A DNA stretch of 32,000 nt from Acaryochloris thomasi RCC1774 (GTDB lineage: Bacteria > Cyanobacteriota > Cyanobacteriia > Thermosynechococcales > Thermosynechococcaceae). The notes beneath the pieces are model-generated. The model searched no databases. It saw nothing but the letters and a program-made list of their open reading frames with translations, and was not told the DNA's origin. The first letter of the stretch is position 1. Every line of letters starts with the position of its first letter. The DNA lies in assembly GCF_003231495.1 (NCBI RefSeq), contig NZ_PQWO01000005.1:270001-302000 (forward strand). Reading direction: 5' to 3'. The translations under genes were made by a program, and so were the position numbers. Below, in pieces: positions 25,138 through 32,000 of this stretch.

Positions 25138-26133
25138 GTGCAGGTATTTGTGACGGGGGCAACAGGATTTGTCGGCGCTAATTTAGTCCGGTTACTGCTC
25201 AAGCAGGGCTATCAGGTGCGCGTATTGGTTCGTCCCGAGAGCCTGAGAACGAATTTGCAAGATCTTGATGTCGAGATCGTCACGGGTGATTTACTTGACC
25301 CCGGCGTGGTCAAGCATCTGCGTGGCTGTCAGGTGCTGTTTCATGTGGCAGCCCACTACAGTCTTTGGCGGACGGAGCGAGATCAGCTCTACCGCAATAA
25401 TGTGCTGGGTACCCGCAATATTCTGAAGGCTGCACGCGATGCCAGCATTGAACGGACGGTTTATACCAGCTCTGTCGCGGCCATTGGGGTGCCAGACTCA
25501 GGGGCCATTGCCAATGAGACCTATCAAAGCTCCATTGAAAAACTGATTGGGGCCTACAAGCAGTCCAAGTATTTAGCTGAACAGGAGGCTTTCCACGCCA
25601 TCAGCATTGGTCAGGATATTGTGATCGTCAATCCCAGTACTCCCATCGGTCCTTGGGATCTAAAGCCCACGCCAACGGGAGATATGATTCTGCGGTTTCT
25701 CCGGCGTCAGATGCCTTTTTATCTGAATACGGGGCTGAATCTGATCCATGTGCGAGACGTTGCTCAGGGGCATCTATTAGCCCTGGAAAAAGGCAAAACT
25801 GGAGAGCGCTATATCCTTGGCAACCGCAACCTGACACTACAGGAAATTCTGGCGCAGCTCTCTGAGATTACGGGACTCCCAGAGCCGCGTAGTGGTCTGC
25901 CGGCCTGGATTCCGCTGACGGCTGCCTGGATTGATGAATGTGTGCTGGCTCCCTTGGGCAAAACGCCCTCTGTGCCTTTAGCTGGCGTAAAAATGGCGAA
26001 ACAGAAGATGTTTTATGACGCCTCTAAAGCCGTGCAGGATTTGGGACTGCCGCAGACCGATGTGAGGGTAGCGCTCCGTGAGGCCGTGGACTGGTTTATT
26101 CATCACGATTATGTGCCCAACTGGCAGGGCTAA
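25138..26133 (+). CDS. NAD-dependent epimerase/dehydratase, HpnA-like (hopanoid-associated sugar epimerase / dihydroflavonol reductase-like SDR)
   Basis: GTG start. The Rossmann motif is VFVTGATGFVGANLVRLLL and the catalytic motif is YKQSKYLAE (YxxxK). Overall it matches the cyanobacterial HpnA-like family as I remember it. Confidence 0.8.
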   Translation: MQVFVTGATGFVGANLVRLLLKQGYQVRVLVRPESLRTNLQDLDVEIVTGDLLDPGVVKHLRGCQVLFHVAAHYSLWRTERDQLYRNNVLGTRNILKAARDASIERTVYTSSVAAIGVPDSGAIANETYQSSIEKLIGAYKQSKYLAEQEAFHAISIGQDIVIVNPSTPIGPWDLKPTPTGDMILRFLRRQMPFYLNTGLNLIHVRDVAQGHLLALEKGKTGERYILGNRNLTLQEILAQLSEITGLPEPRSGLPAWIPLTAAWIDECVLAPLGKTPSVPLAGVKMAKQKMFYDASKAVQDLGLPQTDVRVALREAVDWFIHHDYVPNWQG

Positions 26134-27077
26134 CGCGCCTCGATTTTGTTCGCCAGCCGCTGCACTGCCCGCAGATAGGAGGTCTGACCCGGACGGTAGA
26201 TACGGTAATGGGTCCGGTCGGGGACGAGCAGCAATTCCTTTGGGGTTTGGGTTGGCGTTGCCTTATAGAGCTGTTCGCTCATAAAAGCCGGTACGATCTG
26301 ATCGGCGGTGCCGTGCAGGTAGAGAACGGGCATCTGGAGCGATCTCACCTTGGCAATGGAGTCAAACCGCTGGGTCAGCAATAGATCAATGGGCAATAGA
26401 TTCAGCCATTCGAACTGCTTGATCGCCGCTGACATCGAGGTAAAACTGCTCTGCACGATCAGACCCGCCGCCTGGGGCTGCTGCGTCGCCAGATCGATAG
26501 CAACTGCGCCGCCCATCGATTCGCCGTGGATCACGATCTGCTCTGGTAGAATTCTGCGAACCTGGGTTAAGTAGTGCCAAGCCGCTTGGCTATCTTGATA
26601 TAGATTTGCTTCGCTGGGCAGATCGCCGTCGCTATCACCGTAGCCACGATAGTCCACAAGCAGAACCGCAAACCCGAGCTGTCGGAGTCCTTTGGTTCTG
26701 GCGAGATGGCTGCGAGAGCTGCGATTGCCTCCCCTGCCCTTCAGCATTAGAACCACCATTGGCGATGAAAGGATGCGAGTCGGTTCGTTGGGGATCGCTT
26801 CAATGGCTTCATCTGCGGTGGGTGCTGGAATCCACCAGCCCTGCATTTGCTGCTGATCACCGACTGGAATCGTAATGTCTTCGTAGGGCAGTTTGAAGGT
26901 GGGGTCGTTGGGCAGTGTGGTGATGGGACGATTGGGGTCGAAGACGATGGTGCGCTGCTGCTGGAAAAGATAAAGGCAGAAGAGGATATATGCGATCGCA
27001 ACTCCCATTGACCCCATCAGCATCCATCGCGGCGCTAACCGACGTACTCGACCCACGAATTGGTAACCCTCAGACAA
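26130..27077 (-). CDS. Alpha/beta-fold hydrolase with an N-terminal membrane anchor
   Basis: The nucleophile elbow is GESMGGAVA. The N-terminal TM helix is MLMGSMGVAIAYILFCLYLF. A late HG.AD motif (LHGTADQIVP) is present. It converges on the epimerase gene with a 4-nt overlap. Confidence 0.8.
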   Translation of the reverse strand: MSEGYQFVGRVRRLAPRWMLMGSMGVAIAYILFCLYLFQQQRTIVFDPNRPITTLPNDPTFKLPYEDITIPVGDQQQMQGWWIPAPTADEAIEAIPNEPTRILSSPMVVLMLKGRGGNRSSRSHLARTKGLRQLGFAVLLVDYRGYGDSDGDLPSEANLYQDSQAAWHYLTQVRRILPEQIVIHGESMGGAVAIDLATQQPQAAGLIVQSSFTSMSAAIKQFEWLNLLPIDLLLTQRFDSIAKVRSLQMPVLYLHGTADQIVPAFMSEQLYKATPTQTPKELLLVPDRTHYRIYRPGQTSYLRAVQRLANKIEAR

Positions 27078-27287
27078 TGATAAAAGCTCAAGAGAAGCTG
27101 ACCCTAACGGTTTTGCCGTTGCCCCCTACGGCAAGAAAGACGGAGTAGATACCGCGAGAGTTCCCCCGCTCACAGGCATAGACTCCTGAAAATTATGACG
27201 TGTAGCCATCACTTCAAAAATATCGATAGCGTCCTGTGATTCACCATAGGAAGATTGCACTAATCCTTATGATTGCTTAGCTGCGCT

Positions 27288-27656
27288 CTAGTCTTCGACC
27301 ACTTGAGCTGTGACCTCAACCGCTTGGACATCGACTGTTCCTGGAGGAGTGGATCGCTTAAAATGCTGTCCTTCTACTTCAAGGCTCTCGCCGCATTGGG
27401 GACATTGGGTCACTCGATTTTTGAGTCCCACCGCCGCTGTGCCACAGGAAGGACAAGGTTCCTGCACCAGATTGCGATTGATCCACCAGCGAATGCCAAA
27501 GAAGGCAATGATGGGGGTGATGAACAATAGCGCCAGCAACACAAAGAAAGACTTCACCAGCCAGCCCAAGCCCACAACGCTGAGCAAGCAGATAAATGCG
27601 ATCGCAAACATCCACGAGCGCAAAGCTGGGAAATTAATAACGTAGCGCTGGTTCAC
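27288..27656 (-). CDS. Small membrane protein with a C-terminal zinc-ribbon (CPSC...CPQC)
   Basis: 122 aa with two TM helices, then CPSCGTAAVGLKNRVTQCPQCG. Confidence 0.6.
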   Translation of the reverse strand: MNQRYVINFPALRSWMFAIAFICLLSVVGLGWLVKSFFVLLALLFITPIIAFFGIRWWINRNLVQEPCPSCGTAAVGLKNRVTQCPQCGESLEVEGQHFKRSTPPGTVDVQAVEVTAQVVED

Positions 27657-27844
27657 AAAAGCCTCCTAAAGACCGCCAAGCTGGAGTTCACTATAGTTTA
27701 TTTTAACAAGCCCCCGTAGGGCGTCTATGCAGCAGCAGTACGGATCTCCGCTAGCTAGCCTTCGCTCTGGGCCTCAGCAAGTATTAAGATAAATCTTGTC
27801 ATTCTTTATCGGTCAAGCTCTTTCTGCCCTGTCACCCCAAATCT

Positions 27845-28648
27845 ATGGCTACTATCGACGATAAAACCATTGTTCAGAATTACTTCAATGCAGAAGGCTT
27901 CGACCGCTGGCGGCGCATCTATGGTGGCGGAGAGGTCAATAAGGTTCAGCTTGATATCCGGGAAGGCCATCAGCAGACCGTCGATACGGTTCTCGGCTGG
28001 TTCCGAGCCGACAATAATTTAGAGGGCCGCACCATTTGCGATGCTGGGTGTGGAGTCGGGAGCCTCAGCATTCCGCTGGCTCAAATGGGAGCCAAGGTTT
28101 CCGGCAGCGATATCTCGGCCAAAATGGTGGGTGAGGCCGAAGATAGAGCTAAACAGGCATTGGGAGAGGCCAATTTGCCGCAGTTCTCTGTGCAGGATTT
28201 GGAGCAGCTATCGGGACAGTATGACACCGTGGTCTGCCTCGACGTCTTGATTCACTATCCGCAGGAAAAAGCGGCGGAGATGATCAAGCACCTGAGTTCT
28301 TTGGCCACTAACCGGGTGATTTTGAGCTTCGCGCCTAAGACAGTGGCGTACACGCTGCTCAAAAAGGTGGGCGACTTCTTCCCTGGGCCGAGTAAAGCGA
28401 CGCGGGCCTATCTGCATCGAGAGCAGGATGTGGTGGCGGCTCTGCAGGCTGCAGGTTGGCAGGTGGAACGCACCGGCATGACCAAGACCAGCTTTTATTT
28501 CTCTCGGATATTGGAGGCTAAACGTCTCCCGGAGGGCGTGACTGCACCTGCTTCTACTATGGAGTCACAATCTTCTGCTACCCTAGCTTGGGCCATTTTT
28601 GTCTTGATCGCTGGGCTAGCTGCACTGGCCTTCTGGAGTGCTCTTTAA
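27845..28648 (+). CDS. chlM: Mg-protoporphyrin IX methyltransferase ChlM with a C-terminal extension of about 40 aa ending in a TM helix
   Basis: The N-terminus is YFNAEGFDRWRRIYG. The SAM motif is CDAGCGVGSLSIPLAQMGAKVSGSDIS. The tail is ...LPEGVTAPASTMESQSSATLAWAIFVLIAGLAALAFWSAL. Confidence 0.9.
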   Translation: MATIDDKTIVQNYFNAEGFDRWRRIYGGGEVNKVQLDIREGHQQTVDTVLGWFRADNNLEGRTICDAGCGVGSLSIPLAQMGAKVSGSDISAKMVGEAEDRAKQALGEANLPQFSVQDLEQLSGQYDTVVCLDVLIHYPQEKAAEMIKHLSSLATNRVILSFAPKTVAYTLLKKVGDFFPGPSKATRAYLHREQDVVAALQAAGWQVERTGMTKTSFYFSRILEAKRLPEGVTAPASTMESQSSATLAWAIFVLIAGLAALAFWSAL

Positions 28649-28657
28649 GCACCCAGA

Positions 28658-28789
28658 ATGTTTGATAATGTTTGCCGATTCTTGGCGGAAAATTTCACCA
28701 CGGATCTTGCAGCTGTTGGTGAGCCAATCGCTTTAACAGACCTCCAGCTCTCAGAACTGTCGCTAGAGCCAATTCGGGCAGAGGGCTAA
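28658..28789 (+). pseudogene. 43-codon remnant of an Rpn/YhgA-like (PD-(D/E)XK) recombination-promoting nuclease / putative transposase gene
   Basis: My own translation gives MFDNVCRFLAENFTTDLAAVGEPIALTDLQLSELSLEPIRAEG*. This matches the conserved N-terminus of the multicopy cyanobacterial family (MFDNVCKFLAE.F..DFA.WLLGEPI.LTEL.PSELSLEPIRAD..., from memory) but stops before the nuclease core. Confidence 0.55.
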
Positions 28790-28805
28790 TATTACTGTCT
28801 GCACT

Positions 28806-29342
28806 ATGACTCAGCTTTTCGAATTGCAGCCCTTTTTGTGTTCAAGCGCCCTATCCTCCATTCAGGTTAAGGGAGAGCTGACGCGCAACCCCGAATGCCT
28901 GCGTATCCGTTATGTTGTCGTTGATCCCTTGGGTGAGGTTGTGGCTTTGCCCCCTAGCGATGCGCCGTCTCGACAGGATGACCTGTGGGCAACCACCTGT
29001 TTGGAGCTCTTTTTTGGGCCGGCCGGTTCTGAGAATTACTGGGAGATCAACTTATCAACCGCTGGTCACTGGAATGTCTATCGGTTTGATGCCTATCGTT
29101 CCGGGATGCGGGAAGAAGCTTCTGTGACGGTCCTTCCCTTTAAGGTGGAACGCCCAGCCGGTCGACTACATTTGTCGCTAGACCTTGATCTAACGCTGCT
29201 TGGGATTGGGGAGGGGGAGTTGGAGGTTGCGATCGCAACCGTTCTCCAATCCAAAAACAACCTAATGAGCTACTGGGCACTGACGCATCCGGGGGCCGAA
29301 GCAGACTTCCATCGGCGGGATAGCTTCATCCTCAAAGCGTAA
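28806..29342 (+). CDS. DOMON-like / carbohydrate-binding-family-9-like domain protein
   Basis: 178 aa. The pattern LWATTCLELFFGP...NYWEINLSTAGHWNVYRFDAYR matches what I recall for cyanobacterial DOMON-like proteins. I have no motif-level proof. Confidence 0.5.
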   Translation: MTQLFELQPFLCSSALSSIQVKGELTRNPECLRIRYVVVDPLGEVVALPPSDAPSRQDDLWATTCLELFFGPAGSENYWEINLSTAGHWNVYRFDAYRSGMREEASVTVLPFKVERPAGRLHLSLDLDLTLLGIGEGELEVAIATVLQSKNNLMSYWALTHPGAEADFHRRDSFILKA

Positions 29343-29471
29343 ACACGATTTTCTGAAAGATTAACCCTCGATCGCTAGCAGGCAGAGGCAGTGATTCTAT
29401 TGCTCGTTTCGGTATTATCAGGGTAGCTGCTTCACCCGCTCCGTAAATTAGCCCACTTTGTGACACGTTAT

Positions 29472-30764
29472 ATGGCTCCAAGCGACCGATACGAGCGCTT
29501 TATGCAAGCATCCCGGAACCTGGGGCTGTTTCCATTATTGGCACCTCAAGAAATTGAAGACTTTAGGGTGCAGTATGGTCGTCGGACGTTAGCGCGCTTG
29601 AAGCAGGAGGTACAAGCCTCTGAAGCCAACGGCAAAGTCATCTTTACGGGACATCGGGGCTGTGGAAAATCAACGCTCCTGTACGAACTCAATATCTTGA
29701 TGCAAAAGCAGCAGCACTTTGTCGCGCTGTTTTCAATTGCTGACATGGTGGAAATGTCGGATGTTAACCACATCAATATTCTTTATGCTATTGCCTTGAC
29801 GCTGTTGAGCAAGGCTTCAAAAAGCGGCGTCTCTATTCCTGAGCCTACAAAAGAGCAGCTACTGAACTGGTTTATAACCACGAAGAGTGAGACATATACC
29901 GACCAATTCAAGCAGGAAGTGGGAGCGGGTGGCGATCTCTTAAGTTTCCTGTCTGCAAAGCTCAAAAAGGAAGATACGTTCCGAGAAGAGATCAAGATTA
30001 CCTTTGAGCGTCGCGTGTCTGAGTTGACCAATATGATCGATCGGATTGCTGCGGCAATTCAGGTCGCTACTAAAAAAGAAGTGTTGGTTATTATTGATGA
30101 TCTTGACAAGCTTGATTTGTCTGTTGTTGAAGCTATCTATCGGGATAATATCAACGCTCTTTTCTCGCCGAATATTCGCATAGTGTTCACCATTCCTATC
30201 TCTGTGGTCAGAGAGCCAAGGCTGTTGGCAACTTTGCAATCTTTTTGTCAGATTGTTCTGTTATCGGTCACAAAGTTTTATCCTCAAGACCAAGCGCATC
30301 TACCCAACGGTAAAGCCATTGCCGAGAATGTTGAGATCTTGCAAAAAATCTTGGCAAAACGCATCCCTCAGGATTTGATTGACCCCAATGTGATGCAGCA
30401 ATTGGTGCTGTTGAGTGGTGGCGTGTTGCGAGAACTGATCCGCTTAGGGCAAGAATGCTGCCGTGAATGCATGCTGGAGCTAGAGCTGGAGCCAGATCAG
30501 CCTGATTTGGTGATCAATACGGACATTCTAGATTCAGCCGTCAAAACGTTGCGGAATCAGTTCGCTCGCAGTTTAGGGAGCGAACTCTATGATCTGTTGG
30601 TGAAGATTTACGCAGGCTTTACGCCACCCGATGCTCGGAGTCCAGAATTTCTAGAATTGCTGCATGGGCTCTATGTTTTGGAATATGAGAATGATGATTT
30701 ATGGTATGACCTGCATCCATTTGTGACTGATTTATTACAACGCAAGAAGTTGTTGACGCCATAG
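29472..30764 (+). CDS. Stand-alone P-loop NTPase, AAA+ Orc1/Cdc6- or STAND-like (no repeat or effector domain of its own)
   Basis: Walker A is GHRGCGKST (29649-29675), Walker B is VLVIIDDLDKLD and a sensor-1-like strand is RIVFTIP. The lid-like segment LQKILAKRI...GGVLRELIRLGQEC is reminiscent of Orc1/Cdc6 (..IL..R...GDAR.A..LL). The start is ATG 29472, or GTG 29460 as in the ORF track. The gene is AT-rich. Confidence 0.75.
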   Translation: MAPSDRYERFMQASRNLGLFPLLAPQEIEDFRVQYGRRTLARLKQEVQASEANGKVIFTGHRGCGKSTLLYELNILMQKQQHFVALFSIADMVEMSDVNHINILYAIALTLLSKASKSGVSIPEPTKEQLLNWFITTKSETYTDQFKQEVGAGGDLLSFLSAKLKKEDTFREEIKITFERRVSELTNMIDRIAAAIQVATKKEVLVIIDDLDKLDLSVVEAIYRDNINALFSPNIRIVFTIPISVVREPRLLATLQSFCQIVLLSVTKFYPQDQAHLPNGKAIAENVEILQKILAKRIPQDLIDPNVMQQLVLLSGGVLRELIRLGQECCRECMLELELEPDQPDLVINTDILDSAVKTLRNQFARSLGSELYDLLVKIYAGFTPPDARSPEFLELLHGLYVLEYENDDLWYDLHPFVTDLLQRKKLLTP

Positions 30765-30772
30765 GTGCTGTC

Positions 30773-32000
30773 ATGGTGATGCAAACAGAATTAAGTTCTC
30801 TCAATCAGCGCGAACTGACCAAGCTAGTGCTTTCGATTCGGGCCAGTGTGCAGAAGCTCGATTTGTTTTTAGCGATTTGTGATCATCGCGATCTTCGAGA
30901 AACGCTTATCCACGAATATGAAACGACTCTTTCTGATCAGGGGATTACCCCCTATCGAACGGGACTTAATCCCAAGGCCCCTAGCCTCAAAGTAGCCTTA
31001 GAGACGTTAGTCAGCTGTAACCCGGCCCTTAAATCAGAGGTCTCTGCCGTAGTGACCGTTCTGGGGGCGTCGCAGTTGTTTGAGGTCCGCTTAGCTGAGG
31101 ATAAGTCTGAACAGGAAAAGTTTTTTTTCTCGCTGCAGTGGACTCGGGAATCCCTACGGCAATTCGATTTCCCGGTGGTGATTTGGTTGTCTGATGCTGT
31201 CGCTACGGGTTTAGCCAAGCAGGCACCCGATTTCTGGAGCTGGCGCAGTGGGGTTTTTGAGTTTGAAGCTAATAAGAGTGAAATTGACCAAACTTTCTAC
31301 CCTGTGCCATCAGGCCATCATGTCTCCAGTGAACAGAATCTAGACAACCAGGCAGCTCGTAAAATCGAAGACTTAAAGCAACAAATTGCTGAGCTACGTC
31401 ACCAAAATCAGCAATCTCCCCTTTTGACAACGCTCTATCGCAACCTAGGAGATGCCTATCATCAGCAGGCAGCCTATGCGTTAGCCCTTGATGCTTACGA
31501 ACAGGTACTCAAACAGGCAAGGATTCATAAGCAGCGCTCAACAGAAGCTGAGACTTTTTTCAAACTGGGAGGCATACTCCTCGATTGCCGACGCTATCAA
31601 TCAGTGCGGACTTATTACCAACAAGCCCTCGAGATCGCTATTGAAACCAATAATCGTAATCTACAAGCTATCACCTTCCATCAGCTAGGCATAGTTGCCC
31701 AACAGCTACGAGAATATGAGCAAGCTCGTGCCTATTACCAACAAGCTCTCAATATCGAGATCGAAACCAATAATCGTAATGGACAAGCGATCACCAACCA
31801 CCAGTTAGGTATAGTGGCCCAACAGTTGCGGGAATATGAGCGAGCTTGTGCCTATTACCAACAAGCTCTCAATATTGAGATCGAAACTAATAATCGCAAT
31901 GTACAAGCAAGCACCTACCATCAGCTAGGCATGGTGGCCGAAGAGCTACGAGAACATGAGAAAGCCCGTGCTTATTACCAACAAGCCCTCAAGATCGCCA
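30773..32000 (+). CDS. Protein with an unassigned N-terminal domain (about 165 aa), a coiled-coil linker and an array of 40-aa TPR-like repeats; 3' end truncated by the window edge
   Basis: It is absent from the ORF track because it is open at the right edge. My own translation from ATG 30773 gives MVMQTELSSLNQRELTKLVLSIRASVQKLDLFLAICDHRDLRETLIHEYE...PDFWSWRSGVFEFE...KIEDLKQQIAELRHQNQQ... followed by repeated YYQQAL.I.IETNNRN.QA.T.HQLG.VA..LRE.E.A.A units. It starts 8 nt after the ATPase stop. Confidence 0.8.
   Translation, partial: MVMQTELSSLNQRELTKLVLSIRASVQKLDLFLAICDHRDLRETLIHEYETTLSDQGITPYRTGLNPKAPSLKVALETLVSCNPALKSEVSAVVTVLGASQLFEVRLAEDKSEQEKFFFSLQWTRESLRQFDFPVVIWLSDAVATGLAKQAPDFWSWRSGVFEFEANKSEIDQTFYPVPSGHHVSSEQNLDNQAARKIEDLKQQIAELRHQNQQSPLLTTLYRNLGDAYHQQAAYALALDAYEQVLKQARIHKQRSTEAETFFKLGGILLDCRRYQSVRTYYQQALEIAIETNNRNLQAITFHQLGIVAQQLREYEQARAYYQQALNIEIETNNRNGQAITNHQLGIVAQQLREYERACAYYQQALNIEIETNNRNVQASTYHQLGMVAEELREHEKARAYYQQALKIA
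31493..32000 (+). repeat. Tandem 120-bp (40-codon) repeats inside the TPR gene
   Basis: Unit boundaries fall at 31493 (divergent unit), 31613, 31733, 31853 and 31973, each beginning TATTACCAACAAGC. I counted about 20 mismatches in 120 between units 31613 and 31733. Confidence 0.85.

Noticed and set aside
27113-27134. Hairpin TTGCCGT-(8 nt)-ACGGCAA between the zinc-ribbon gene and the hydrolase gene, with an alternative AACGG/CCGTT pairing, considered as an attenuator or riboswitch
   Set aside because: The stems are short, there is no U-tract, and I recognise no conserved riboswitch core. It is at most a weak terminator for the upstream minus-strand gene.
31493-32000. Regularly spaced 120-bp repeats, considered as a CRISPR-like array
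   Set aside because: The repeats are contiguous with no unique spacers. They are in frame in one long ORF and encode TPR-like helices. This is a coding tandem repeat, not a CRISPR.

Overview
This window reads as a cyanobacterial chromosomal segment. I counted 16 copies of the HIP1 octamer GCGATCGC by eye, and the gene content is typical of cyanobacteria. About 30 protein genes can be supported. I found no rRNA, tRNA or CRISPR array.

Gene order, left to right:
- The 5' end of an aminotransferase, translationally coupled to an Fe-type alcohol/glycerol dehydrogenase-like gene.
- A small membrane protein (possibly Ycf51-like), SufU, a stand-alone FIST protein and a DoxX-like protein.
- A complete Tax/Pil-type chemosensory operon on the minus strand: PatA-type regulator, CheY, CheW, a Cache-domain MCP and a hybrid CheA-REC kinase.
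- A 477-bp AT-rich divergent control region.
- An orphan YojI/cyclic-peptide-type ABC exporter, two GNAT genes and ttcA.
- An acr3-arsC arsenic operon headed by a MerR-family (not ArsR) regulator, behind a CueR/MerR-style long-spacer promoter.
- A low-GC orphan ORF and a ferritin-like hypothetical.
- dnaX, a DevC/DevA-like ABC pair, an HpnA-like epimerase, an alpha/beta hydrolase and a zinc-ribbon membrane protein.
- chlM with a C-terminal transmembrane tail, a 43-codon remnant of an Rpn/YhgA-like nuclease gene and a DOMON-like protein.
- From about 29.4 kb to the window edge, a visibly AT-rich two-gene module.

That last module is the most interesting candidate for an undescribed system. It is a stand-alone Orc1/Cdc6- or STAND-like P-loop ATPase, followed 8 nt later by a protein with an unassigned P-loop-less N-terminal domain and an array of 40-aa TPR-like repeats. 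The repeats are still recognisable as 120-bp DNA tandem repeats. The second gene is truncated by the window end, so any effector part is unseen.

All family assignments come from by-eye motif recognition. No database search was run.
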